A stretch of 64,000 nucleotides of DNA from Gemmatimonadota bacterium (GCA_020348925.1 CP070758.1:3053688-3117687); one strand, 5' to 3'; counted from the first letter of the stretch, positions 9,711-19,245 are shown. A program made the numbers and translations. Notes: generated by a model not told the origin, from the letters alone.

Positions 9711-12700
9711 TTGAAAGCCTATCGAACACATTTACTGGTTTGTGCAGGAACGGGCTGCGTCTCGAATCATTCGTTTGATATTAAAGCCGCTCTGGAACAA
9801 GAGATCAAAAAGCAAAAGCTTGAAAACGAGATAGTGGTGATAACGACAGGATGCAACGGATTCTGCGAACGGGGACCGATTGTCTTTGTCCAGCAAGAAG
9901 GAATCTATTATCAGATGTTGAAGCTTGAGGACATACCCTTTTTAGTCGAGGAGCATTTTGTTAAACATCGACCTGTTGAAAAGCTCATGTACATTCCACC
10001 TGATGAGGAAAAACTCATTCCGACAATGAGTGAGATCGATTTCTTCAAACATCAGCGGTTGATCGTGCTGAAAAACAGAGGACGCATCGATCCTGAAAGC
10101 ATTGATGAGTACATCGCCTTCGGTGGATACGAATCCTTGGCCAAGGCGTTGCTGCTTCTGACGCCGGAAGAGATCATTGATGAGATAAAAACATCCGGCC
10201 TGCGGGGTAGGGGAGGTGGGGGGTTTCCTACCGGTATCAAATGGGAATTAACCCGGAAGGCACCGGGAAACATTAAGTACATAATTTGCAATGCAGACGA
10301 AGGCGATCCCGGAGCTTTTATGGATCGAAGTATTCTCGAAGCCGATCCTCACGCCGTCCTGGAAGGCATGGCCATTGGTGCTTATGCCATCGGTGCAACA
10401 AAGGGGTTTGTGTATGTCCGGAATGAATATCCCCTGGCCGTCGATCGAATTAAACTGGCCATTCGGCAGGCCGAGGACTACGGCCTTCTCGGAGAGCGAA
10501 TCTTCGATACGGATTTTAGTTTCAAAGTGAATGTGGTCCGGGGTGCCGGAGCCTTTGTGTGCGGCGAGGAGACGGCCCTCATGGCTTCTGTAGAAGGGAA
10601 AATCGGTCGGCCGAGACAACGCCCCCCCTTTCCCGCTCAAAAAGGTCTGTGGGGAAAGCCGACGAATATCAATAATGTTGAGACCTGGGCCAATGTTCCG
10701 GTTATTATCGACCGGAGCGGAACATGGTTCTCGGAAATAGGCACTGAAAACAGTAAAGGTACCAAGATATTCTCGTTGGTGGGCAAAGTGAATAACACCG
10801 GTTTGGTGGAAGTGCCCATGGGCATTACCCTCCGGCAAATTATTTTCGATATAGGCGGAGGTGTCCAAAAGGAGAAAGCGTTCAAAACAGTACAGATTGG
10901 TGGGCCGTCAGGAGGGTGTATACCCAAAGAGCATCTGGATATGGCCGTCGACTATGATGAGCTCAAGAAGGTGGGGGCCATGATGGGATCAGGTGGTCTT
11001 ATTGTTATGGACGAGGACACCTGTATGGTTGACGTCGCGAAATATTTTACACGTTTTCTGTACGACGAGTCGTGTGGAAAATGTCTGTCCTGCCGCGACG
11101 GATTGAAGCGCATGCAAGAGATTCTGAGGGACATTACGGAGGGCAGGGCAACTGAAGCCGACCTCGGTCTGTTGGAAGATCTCGCTTATGTTGTCAAAGA
11201 TGCGTCCATGTGCGGATTGGGACAGACGGCGGCCAATCCGGTGTTGAGTTCTCTGAGGCATTTCAGAGATGAGTACGAAGCCCACATAAAATACAAAAGA
11301 TGCCCTGCTGCTGTGTGTAAAGAGATCATCTCTTCACCGTGTCAACATATCTGTCCCATAGGAACAGAAGCTCCGATTTATATAGCTCTGATAGCCCATG
11401 GGAAATATGAAGACGCTTTGAATATTATATGGAAGGATAATCCTCTTCCCTCTGTCTGTGGGCGGGTATGCCATCACCCGTGTGAATCAAAATGTCGGGC
11501 TGGTGAGGGAGGCGACCCGATCGCCATACGCACCCTGAAGCGATTCGCAACGGATTATGCCTTAAAAACCGGAATTGAACCCGACATACAACGGCAGCCG
11601 AAAAGGGAAGAAAAAGTGGCCATCGTCGGTTCAGGCCCGGCAGGATTGACGGCCGGCTATTTTCTTGCCTTAAAAGGATATGAAGTTACAATCTTTGAGG
11701 CTCTACCGGTGGCGGGTGGTATGCTTGCAGTGGGCATACCGGAACACAGGTTGCCGAAAGAGATCCTCAAAGCTGATCTTGATCAGATTCAGAAAGCCGG
11801 AGTTCGAATTGAAACAAATGTCGCCTTGGGACGGGACGTCACTTTGGAAGATCTTCACAAACAGGGTTATGCATCCATCTTTCTGGCTACCGGTGCGCAT
11901 AAGAGTTTCAAGCTGGGCATTCCCGGTGAGGAGGCCGACGGGGTCTTCCCTTCCATGCGTTTCTTGACGGACATCAATCTTGGGAGAGACGTTGAGGTCG
12001 GCAAACGGGTTGGTGTTATCGGTGGTGGCAACGCCGCCCTCGACGCTGCCAGAGTTGCTCTGAGGCTCGAAGGGTGCGAGGAAGTCTCCATCATCTATAG
12101 GAGAACACGAGCCGAAATGCCCGCCTATGAAGAAGAGATCGTGAAGGCGATTGAGGAAGGCATCGATATCCAATTTCTCGCTGCTCCGACAAAAGTGCTC
12201 ACTGAAAACGGTCGGCTCGTTGGCATAGAATGTGTTCGCATGGAATTGGGGGCAATGGATGAGAGTGGACGACGAAGACCGATCCCCGTTCAGGGGTCTG
12301 AATTTTCGTTGCAGCTCGATACGCTCATTGCTGCTATTGGGGAACAGCCCGATCTTTCCTTCGCAACTGACAAAGAGAGTTTTGATGTATCACCATGGAA
12401 CACTATCATCGTTGACTCCGAGACCTTGGCAACCAATCAAGAGGGTCTTTGGGCCGGAGGCGATGTGGTTACGGGTCCTGGTACGGTCGTTGAAGCTATC
12501 GCTGTGGGCAAGCGGGCGGCCGATTCCATTGACACATATTTACGGGGGGAACAATTCATACGAACATACACCGTGACGAGACCCTCAGTTTCTGTCACAC
12601 CTGTTGAACTGACGGACGAAGAGATCGCCGAGACCCAACGACCTGAAATGCCCTGTTTGCTCGTTGAAGAAAGGTCTAAAAATTTTAAAGAGGTCGAATT

Positions 12701-12827
12701 GGGATACGGAGAAAAGATGGCAGTGAAGGAGGCACGGCGATGTCTCCGGTGTGATCTCGATGTGAAAACAGAAACTGAAGTAGATCAGGATGGTGAGGTA
12801 TTCGAAAAGGAAAAGGTTCATGCCTAA
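9711..12827 (+). CDS. NuoF/HydB-like flavoprotein fused to a GltD/NfnB-like FAD/NAD(P)H oxidoreductase module
   Basis: N-terminal 2Fe-2S (CAGTGC..GCNGFC), GRGGGGFP, NADEGDPGAFMDR, CGEETAL, GGPSGG, ESCGKCLSC..CGLG; then PCQHICP, CGRVCHHPCESKC, GSGPAG, GGGNAA..YRRT, AGGD and EARRCLRC. TTG start. Confidence 0.92.
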   Translation: MKAYRTHLLVCAGTGCVSNHSFDIKAALEQEIKKQKLENEIVVITTGCNGFCERGPIVFVQQEGIYYQMLKLEDIPFLVEEHFVKHRPVEKLMYIPPDEEKLIPTMSEIDFFKHQRLIVLKNRGRIDPESIDEYIAFGGYESLAKALLLLTPEEIIDEIKTSGLRGRGGGGFPTGIKWELTRKAPGNIKYIICNADEGDPGAFMDRSILEADPHAVLEGMAIGAYAIGATKGFVYVRNEYPLAVDRIKLAIRQAEDYGLLGERIFDTDFSFKVNVVRGAGAFVCGEETALMASVEGKIGRPRQRPPFPAQKGLWGKPTNINNVETWANVPVIIDRSGTWFSEIGTENSKGTKIFSLVGKVNNTGLVEVPMGITLRQIIFDIGGGVQKEKAFKTVQIGGPSGGCIPKEHLDMAVDYDELKKVGAMMGSGGLIVMDEDTCMVDVAKYFTRFLYDESCGKCLSCRDGLKRMQEILRDITEGRATEADLGLLEDLAYVVKDASMCGLGQTAANPVLSSLRHFRDEYEAHIKYKRCPAAVCKEIISSPCQHICPIGTEAPIYIALIAHGKYEDALNIIWKDNPLPSVCGRVCHHPCESKCRAGEGGDPIAIRTLKRFATDYALKTGIEPDIQRQPKREEKVAIVGSGPAGLTAGYFLALKGYEVTIFEALPVAGGMLAVGIPEHRLPKEILKADLDQIQKAGVRIETNVALGRDVTLEDLHKQGYASIFLATGAHKSFKLGIPGEEADGVFPSMRFLTDINLGRDVEVGKRVGVIGGGNAALDAARVALRLEGCEEVSIIYRRTRAEMPAYEEEIVKAIEEGIDIQFLAAPTKVLTENGRLVGIECVRMELGAMDESGRRRPIPVQGSEFSLQLDTLIAAIGEQPDLSFATDKESFDVSPWNTIIVDSETLATNQEGLWAGGDVVTGPGTVVEAIAVGKRAADSIDTYLRGEQFIRTYTVTRPSVSVTPVELTDEEIAETQRPEMPCLLVEERSKNFKEVELGYGEKMAVKEARRCLRCDLDVKTETEVDQDGEVFEKEKVHA

Positions 12828-13536
12828 GGTAACAATCAACGGCTTAGAATTCGAGGCTGAGAAAGGTTCAACCCTCTTGGAAGTGGCGGACTTTTTAGGA
12901 ATTGAAATACCGACTCTGTGTTACCATGAAGGTTTGAGTCCTTACGGGGCCTGTCGGCTGTGCGTTGTCGAGATAGGAGTGGGTGAAAATACTCGGCTTG
13001 TGACTTCCTGTACGTATCCTGTTCAGGAAGGATTGAATATTCGAACACATTCCGAACGAGTTGTGCGAACTCGAAAGATGCTCATAGAGCTCCTCTTGGC
13101 AACCTGTCCGAGTTCCAAAGTCATTCAGGATCTTGCGTCGAAATTCGGCGTGACACAGGTTCGATTCAAACAGGAACATAACGACTGTATTTTATGTGGT
13201 CTGTGCGTACGAATGTGTGCTGAGCAGATGGATGGTAAGGCTATCGGCCTCGTGGGCCGGGGTGATGATTTGAAAATCACGACACCTTTTGATATCAAAT
13301 CGGAGCAGTGTCGCCTGTGCGGCGGGTGTATGTACATCTGTCCGGCCTGTCAGCTTCGATGTCAGGGGCCTGACGTGGAGGAAGCTGTCTGCAATGCCTG
13401 CCTCAACCTGGAACCCCCCTGTCTGGAATCCTGGGACGATGCCATGTGCTACATGGATCCGTGTGTAGCCTGTGAAGTGGAATATTCGAGAAAACCGAAG
13501 GTGAAAAAAGAGAAAACCTCGAAAGAACAATCATAA
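12820..13536 (+). CDS. Short NuoG/HydA-N-terminal-like Fe-S protein with Cys-rich tail
   Basis: IPTLCYH..GACRLC..TSC (2Fe-2S), CILCGLCVRMC and CRLCGGCMYICP (2x 4Fe-4S), plus 8 further Cys. The ATG overlaps the end of the upstream gene. Confidence 0.88.
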   Translation: MPKVTINGLEFEAEKGSTLLEVADFLGIEIPTLCYHEGLSPYGACRLCVVEIGVGENTRLVTSCTYPVQEGLNIRTHSERVVRTRKMLIELLLATCPSSKVIQDLASKFGVTQVRFKQEHNDCILCGLCVRMCAEQMDGKAIGLVGRGDDLKITTPFDIKSEQCRLCGGCMYICPACQLRCQGPDVEEAVCNACLNLEPPCLESWDDAMCYMDPCVACEVEYSRKPKVKKEKTSKEQS

Positions 13537-13577
13537 TACTTTCGACAAGAACAACCTGATTTTCAAGGAGGAACAGA

Positions 13578-15161
13578 ATGTCGTTTACGACGATCAATCG
13601 TTCAGCTGCGACACTGACGAAAAATAGAACCGAGGGTTCCATTAGTCCTTTTTCCGGTATGTGCGTGACCTGTGTTGATGGTTGCGTGGGGATGTGTGAG
13701 ATCGGGAAGTCGGCTTACCGGGGCAGTGAGGTCATTTATCCGCAACCCTTCGGTCTCATCACCACGGCATCGGAGAAAGACTATCCCATCGATTATTCCC
13801 ATTTCACCATTCTTGGGACGGCTGTGGGAGCGGTTGGTGTGGCCCAGGATAGCGATGTGGCTATTTTTCCCAATGTGAGTTTGGAATCGACCTTTGGGAG
13901 TGATAAGGGCATTAAATTTAGACTTCCCATCATGATCCCGGGTCTGGGATCGACCAATGTTGCCAAGAACAATTGGGAGGGGTTGGCCATCGGAACGGCT
14001 CTGGCCGGCACGGGCCTCACGATTGGTGAGAACGTCGTCGGTATGGACCCCGAGTCCGAGATAAAAGGTGGTAAAGTCGTCAAGGCTCCGGATCTGTCCT
14101 GGCGGATAAAACTTTTCAAAGACTGGCAGCGTGATGGATACGGGATGATAGTCGTGCAAGCCAATGTCGAGGATACCCGGCTCGGCGTGCAGGAGTATGC
14201 CATCAGTGAACTCGGCGTGGAGACTGTTGAGCTTAAGTGGGGGCAGGGAGCCAAGGATATCGGCGGTGAGGTCAAGATCAAGAATTTGGAAAAGGCACAG
14301 CTTCTCTATAAACGCGGCTATGTCGTTCTGCCCGATCCCACGAATCCCGACGTGATCAAAGCTTTCGAACATGGAACCTTCAAGGAGTTCGAACGGCATT
14401 CGCGTGTGGGTATGGTGACCGAAGAGGATTTCCTGAAGCGGGTTGAGGAGCTGAGGGCGGCCGGGGCAAAATATGTGTTTTTGAAAACCGGCGCTTACAG
14501 ACCTGCCGATCTGGCCCGCGCAGTGAAGTTCTCGTCGAAAGCCAAGATTGACCTCCTGACCGTTGACGGAGCCGGTGGGGGTACCGGCATGAGCCCCTGG
14601 CGGATGATGAACGAGTGGGGTATTCCCGGGGTAGAGATCCATTCGCTTGCGTATAAGTATACACATCAATTGGCTCAAAAGGGGGAGTATGTCCCGGCGC
14701 TCGCCTTCGCCGGCGGGTTCACTTTCGAGGATCAGATATACAAGGCGATAGCTTTGGGCGCCCCGTACGTAAAACTTGTGGGAATGGCCCGTGGTCCTCT
14801 TGCTGCGGCCATGGTCGGCAAGACCATCGGGAAACGTATCAACGAGGGCCAGCTTCCCGTTTACGTGGAGCGGTTCGGGGATTCGAAGGATGAAGTCTTT
14901 GTCACCTCTGCGGAGTTGCGGAAGGAGCTCGGTCCTGAGAAATTCGAGGAGTTGCCCACAGCGGCCATCGGTCTGTACACGTATTATGAGCGGCTCGCTC
15001 AGGGATTGCAGCAGCTCATGTGCGGCAATCGCAAGTTTGCCCTGGAGTATATCAGCCGGGAAGATATAGCGTCCCTGACGAAAGAGGCCGCCGACGTGAG
15101 CGGTATCACCTACATAACGGACGTCGATCAGAAAGAGGTGGAGAAGATCCTTGCCAGCTAA
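13578..15161 (+). CDS. Stand-alone FMN-binding glutamate synthase family protein
   Basis: ELKWGQGAKDIGGE, TVDGAGGGTG, AGG..KAIALGA..VGMAR (GltB FMN-barrel motifs); N-terminal CVTCVDGCVGMC; no amidotransferase domain. Confidence 0.85.
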   Translation: MSFTTINRSAATLTKNRTEGSISPFSGMCVTCVDGCVGMCEIGKSAYRGSEVIYPQPFGLITTASEKDYPIDYSHFTILGTAVGAVGVAQDSDVAIFPNVSLESTFGSDKGIKFRLPIMIPGLGSTNVAKNNWEGLAIGTALAGTGLTIGENVVGMDPESEIKGGKVVKAPDLSWRIKLFKDWQRDGYGMIVVQANVEDTRLGVQEYAISELGVETVELKWGQGAKDIGGEVKIKNLEKAQLLYKRGYVVLPDPTNPDVIKAFEHGTFKEFERHSRVGMVTEEDFLKRVEELRAAGAKYVFLKTGAYRPADLARAVKFSSKAKIDLLTVDGAGGGTGMSPWRMMNEWGIPGVEIHSLAYKYTHQLAQKGEYVPALAFAGGFTFEDQIYKAIALGAPYVKLVGMARGPLAAAMVGKTIGKRINEGQLPVYVERFGDSKDEVFVTSAELRKELGPEKFEELPTAAIGLYTYYERLAQGLQQLMCGNRKFALEYISREDIASLTKEAADVSGITYITDVDQKEVEKILAS

Positions 15162-15195
15162 TATCACCTGTCAAACGGTATAGAGGGTAGAGGAT

Positions 15196-16440
15196 ATGGA
15201 CAAGACCTCTGTGGCACACATAGCCCGAATGCAGCTTGAAAAGGCGGCTCGGGCTATGAATTTATCTGAGGATCTTGTGACGGTTTTGAAGTGCCCCAAG
15301 CGGATTCTTCAGGTGACCTTTCCCGTCAAGCGGGATGACGGGACGGTCACGTGTTTCACCGGATACCGCTGTCAGTACAATGATGCCAGGGGTCCGACCA
15401 AAGGTGGGGTGCGATACCACCCCAATGTCTCGGCAGACGAGGTCATTGCTCTGGCCGCCTGGATGACGTGGAAATGCGCCCTGGTCGATCTGCCCTATGG
15501 TGGGGCCAAGGGGGGAGTCGTATGCGACCCGACGCACTTGTCCGAAGGGGAGATGGAGCGGTTGACGCGGCGGTATACGACCGAGATCATGCCCATTCTC
15601 GGACCCCATTCCGACATTCCCGCCCCCGATGTCTTCACCACATCCAAAACCATGGCCTGGATGATGGATACCTACAGCATGTTTACAGGCCACACGGAAC
15701 CGAGCGTCGTCACCGGGAAACCGGAGGCGCTCGGAGGTTCCTTGGGGCGGAAGGAGGCCACAGGCAGGGGTGTAGCCATCATTACCCGAGAACTTTTTAC
15801 GAAGCTGAAACGCTCCTTGGAGGGTGCCACTGTGGCCGTTCAGGGGTTCGGAAATGTCGGGGGGTACGCCGCGTTCTTTCTGTCGGAAATGGGGGCGAAA
15901 ATTATCGCAGTGTCCGATTCCTCCGGGGGCTTCGTCAATCCTGATGGGTTCAACGTTCCCGAACTTATGCGCTGTGTCGACGAGCACACGTGTCTGGCTC
16001 CATACCCCGGTGAAAAAATGGATAAGGATGAGGTGCTGTACAAGGACGTCGATGTGCTCATTCCGGCAGCTCTGGAAAACCAGATCCGCGGGGACAACGC
16101 CCCGAGGGTTCAGGCGAAGATCATTGTGGAAGGAGCCAACGGTCCCACGGCACCGGAGGCCGATGAAGTTTTGGAATCAAAGGGTGTCCATGTCGTGCCC
16201 GACATCATGGCCAATTCGGGTGGTGTCATCGTCAGCCATTTGGAATGGGTGCAGGCCATGACTGGGTTGTACATGGGTGAAGATGAGGTCAATGGGCGTT
16301 TAGAGGGTCGACTCGTGCGGAGTTTTGAAGCCGTGTGGCGTAAGGCGCATGAGTTGCGCGTCTCCCTGAGAACGGCGGCATATATCGTGGCGCTGGAGCG
16401 AATTGCCGAAGTCCATCGGTACCGAGGGCTGTTTCCGTAA
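15196..16440 (+). CDS. gdhA: Glu/Leu/Phe/Val dehydrogenase, most likely glutamate dehydrogenase
   Basis: GPTKGGVRYHP, MTWKCA, PYGGAKGG, DIPAPDV, GFGNVG, EGANGPT, PDIMANSGGV. Confidence 0.9.
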   Translation: MDKTSVAHIARMQLEKAARAMNLSEDLVTVLKCPKRILQVTFPVKRDDGTVTCFTGYRCQYNDARGPTKGGVRYHPNVSADEVIALAAWMTWKCALVDLPYGGAKGGVVCDPTHLSEGEMERLTRRYTTEIMPILGPHSDIPAPDVFTTSKTMAWMMDTYSMFTGHTEPSVVTGKPEALGGSLGRKEATGRGVAIITRELFTKLKRSLEGATVAVQGFGNVGGYAAFFLSEMGAKIIAVSDSSGGFVNPDGFNVPELMRCVDEHTCLAPYPGEKMDKDEVLYKDVDVLIPAALENQIRGDNAPRVQAKIIVEGANGPTAPEADEVLESKGVHVVPDIMANSGGVIVSHLEWVQAMTGLYMGEDEVNGRLEGRLVRSFEAVWRKAHELRVSLRTAAYIVALERIAEVHRYRGLFP

Positions 16441-16531
16441 ATGGAACTCTATCGGTCTGGGAGGTTTTTCCCTCAGATAATTGATACGATCCAAACAAAC
16501 GTTTTCACTTTCGAACAAAAGGGAGGAGACA

Positions 16532-17875
16532 GTGGCTGAGAAAAAGATGACCGAAGAAGAATTGCTGGCCAAGGCGTACAAACCGGCCGAGGATGCCATG
16601 CGACTGCACCCTTTTTACCGGGGGAAGATCGAAGTCATTCCGAAGTGCCGCATTCGTGATTTTGACGACTTTGCCATCTGGTATACACCTGGGGTGGCTG
16701 AGCCGTGCAGAGACATCCACGAGCATCCGGAGAGAGTTCTGGAACATACGAGCAAGTGGAATATGGTGGCTGTGATCACCGACGGCACCCGTGTCCTGGG
16801 TTTGGGGGACATCGGGCCTGAAGGTGGCCTGCCCGTCATGGAGGGAAAAGCGCTGCTGTACAAATATCTCGGCGGTGTCGATGCCTTTCCTCTGTGTGTG
16901 GATACGAAAGACCCGGATGAGATAATCGATCTCGTTCTCAAATTACAGCCCAGTTTCGGTGGGATCAATCTTGAGGACATCTCGCACCCGAAATGTTTTT
17001 ACATTTTGGACACGTTGCGGGAGAAGGCCCGCATACCCATCTGGCACGACGACCAGCAGGGGACAGCCGCCGTGACCTGTGCGGGGCTCATCAATGCTCT
17101 GAAATTGACCGATCGCAAGATCGGTGAGGTGAAGGTGGCCATGATCGGGGCTGGCGCTTCCAATATTGCCATTGCCAGAATGATTATTACAATGGGTGTT
17201 GACCCGAAAAAAGTGATCATGTCCGACAGCAGGGGCATACTTCATAAAGGCCGAACCGAGTTACAGGAGAAGTTCAAAGAGAAGTGGCATATGTGCGAGA
17301 TTTCCAACGAGGAGCAGGTTGAAGGTGGACCGGCTGAGGCGATGAAGGGCGCGGATGTGCTGATTGCTCTGTCCACACCGGGGCCGGATACAGTCAAGAA
17401 GGAATGGGTCGCCAGTATGGCCAAAGATCCGATTGTCTTCGTCTGCGCCAATCCCATACCTGAGATATGGCCGTGGGAAGCGAAAGAGGCCGGCGCTGCC
17501 ATCGTCGCCACGGGTCGGTCCGACTTTCCCAATCAGGTCAATAACTCCCTGGGATTCCCCGGCATCTTTCGTGGAACGCTGGATGTCATGGCCACGACGA
17601 TCACCGATGAGATGTGCATCGCGGCGGCGACGGAGTTGGCCAAGGTGGCCGAGGATAAGGGGCTGCGTGAAGATTATCTGGTTCCGACCATGGACGAATG
17701 GGAGGTCTTCCCGAGGGAGGCTGTGGCTGTCGGACAGAAGGCCATTGAACAGGGTGTGGCCCGTCGGAAGCTGTCACCGGAGCAAGCCTTTACTATTGCC
17801 GGGGACATTATTCAGCACTCGCGCGAAGAGATCCAATGCCTGATGAAGGAGGGATTCATCAAGATGGGCGACTGA
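16532..17875 (+). CDS. NAD(P)-dependent malic enzyme (short type)
   Basis: YTPGVA, DGTRVLGLGDIG, PVMEGK, INLEDI, HDDQQGTA, GAGAS, ANPIPEI, ATGRSDFPNQVNN; GTG start after GGAGG. Confidence 0.93.
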   Translation: MAEKKMTEEELLAKAYKPAEDAMRLHPFYRGKIEVIPKCRIRDFDDFAIWYTPGVAEPCRDIHEHPERVLEHTSKWNMVAVITDGTRVLGLGDIGPEGGLPVMEGKALLYKYLGGVDAFPLCVDTKDPDEIIDLVLKLQPSFGGINLEDISHPKCFYILDTLREKARIPIWHDDQQGTAAVTCAGLINALKLTDRKIGEVKVAMIGAGASNIAIARMIITMGVDPKKVIMSDSRGILHKGRTELQEKFKEKWHMCEISNEEQVEGGPAEAMKGADVLIALSTPGPDTVKKEWVASMAKDPIVFVCANPIPEIWPWEAKEAGAAIVATGRSDFPNQVNNSLGFPGIFRGTLDVMATTITDEMCIAAATELAKVAEDKGLREDYLVPTMDEWEVFPREAVAVGQKAIEQGVARRKLSPEQAFTIAGDIIQHSREEIQCLMKEGFIKMGD

Positions 17876-17934
17876 GGGATTCCCAGCAAACTGAGAAATG
17901 TTGTGAAAGAGAATGAGATTTCCAACGAGAGGTC

Positions 17935-17962
17935 TTGACACGGCGTTCGAGAAGACTATATT
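17935..17962 (+). promoter_or_regulatory. Sigma-70 promoter of the rib operon
   Basis: TTGACA-16 nt-TATATT directly upstream of the riboswitch. Confidence 0.7.
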
Positions 17963-17975
17963 GTAGAAAAATTAT

Positions 17976-18095
17976 TGCAACCTTCGGGGTGAGGTGAGAT
18001 TCCTCAACCGGCGGTGAAAGCCCGCGAGCCATACCATATGGCAGAACCAGTGAAATTCTGGTGCCGACGGTACAGTCCGGAAGGGAGAAGGTCCG
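17976..18095 (+). ncRNA. FMN riboswitch (RFN element)
   Basis: Matches the RFN consensus: ACCTTCGGGGTGAGGTGAGATTCC..ACCGGCGGT..AGCCCGCGAG..GCAGAACCAGTGAAATTCTGGTGCCGACGGTACAGTCCGGAAGGGAGAAGGT; lies upstream of ribD. Confidence 0.96.
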
Positions 18096-18119
18096 TTTTA
18101 AAAACGTTTTATCCCATGA

Positions 18120-18150
18120 GCCCCGATAGGTTGTGATCGGGGTTTTTTTT
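18120..18150 (+). terminator. Riboswitch expression-platform terminator
   Basis: GCCCCGAT/ATCGGGGT stem followed by a T-run, immediately before the ribD start. Confidence 0.85.
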
Positions 18151-19245
18151 ATGGTGCGACGGAACGATGCACATTTTATGGAGCGGGCTCTCAAACTGGC
18201 CGACAAAGGCAGGGGTCAGACGAGCCCAAATCCCATGGTGGGGGCGGTGGTTGTCCGGGCGGGTCGCATTGTGGGTGAGGGCTATCATGAAGGGGCGGGC
18301 TTACCGCACGCTGAGGTGCATGCCCTGAACCAGGCTGGGACGAAGGCGAAGGGAGCGACGCTCTATGTGAATCTCGAACCGTGTTGCCATGCGGGTCGGA
18401 CACCACCCTGTACGAAGGCGATTCTGACAGCGGGCATAGAGAGGGTCGTGTGCGCTGTGGAGGATCCGAATCCGATAGTGTCCGGCCGTGGAGTTCAACA
18501 CTTGCGCGGAGCCGGGATAACCGTCGCGGTCGGTTGTCTGGAGCACGAGGCAGAGAGATTGAATGAAATCTATTTCCATTACATGCGTACAGGTGTTCCC
18601 TTTGTGAGTCTGAAGATCGCCCAAACACTTGATGGTCGCATTGCGGCCTCGAATGGGAGTTCGCGGTGGATATCCGGAGAGGCATCGAGACGGTATGGAC
18701 ATGTCTTGCGTGCGCAGCACGATGCCGTATTGGTCGGCGCCAAGACTGTGGTCCAGGACGATCCTGAGTTGACCGTCCGGCACGTCCAGGGGAAAAATCC
18801 GATTCGAATCATACTTGCCCGTACGCTGGGCATACCCCTGGACTCGAGAGTGGTCAACGACGGCGGCGAGGGGCGAACGAGAGTGGTGACGTCCGTCGAT
18901 GGGGATCCTTCGACGATCGAAGCTTTGCAGAGCAAGGGGGTAGGGATTTGGAGTCTTCCCCTGAACGAGGCGGGGCGTTTCGATCTCACAGCGCTGTTGA
19001 AAAAGGCGGCCGAGGAGGACATCACCAGCCTTTTGGTCGAGGGTGGTTGTGAGGTGTTCTCGACGTTCCTGCGAGCCCGGTTGGTTGACAAGGTTTACAT
19101 CTTCGTTGCTCCGACCATCTTGGGTTCAGGGCTTCCATCTATAGGGGATATCGGCATCGGGACGCTCGAGAATGGACTGCATCTTCGAGACGTCGAAGTC
19201 CGGCGCAGCGGTCAGGATGTGCTCATGACCGGTTATTTGAATTGA
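18151..19245 (+). CDS. ribD: Riboflavin biosynthesis deaminase/reductase
   Basis: PNPMVGAV, HAE, LEPCCH..TPPC, TLDGRIA, LLVEGG. Start uncertain (18151 or 18178). Confidence 0.95.
   Translation: MVRRNDAHFMERALKLADKGRGQTSPNPMVGAVVVRAGRIVGEGYHEGAGLPHAEVHALNQAGTKAKGATLYVNLEPCCHAGRTPPCTKAILTAGIERVVCAVEDPNPIVSGRGVQHLRGAGITVAVGCLEHEAERLNEIYFHYMRTGVPFVSLKIAQTLDGRIAASNGSSRWISGEASRRYGHVLRAQHDAVLVGAKTVVQDDPELTVRHVQGKNPIRIILARTLGIPLDSRVVNDGGEGRTRVVTSVDGDPSTIEALQSKGVGIWSLPLNEAGRFDLTALLKKAAEEDITSLLVEGGCEVFSTFLRARLVDKVYIFVAPTILGSGLPSIGDIGIGTLENGLHLRDVEVRRSGQDVLMTGYLN

Noticed and set aside
8272-13536. Respiratory complex I (nuoEFG) or [FeFe]-hydrogenase call
   Set aside because: No membrane nuo genes and no H-cluster motifs; the NuoG-like protein is only about 238 aa.
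13602-15167. 521-aa antisense ORF covering the FMN glutamate-synthase-family gene
   Set aside because: Codon-aligned shadow of a well-supported gene, with no recognisable motifs.
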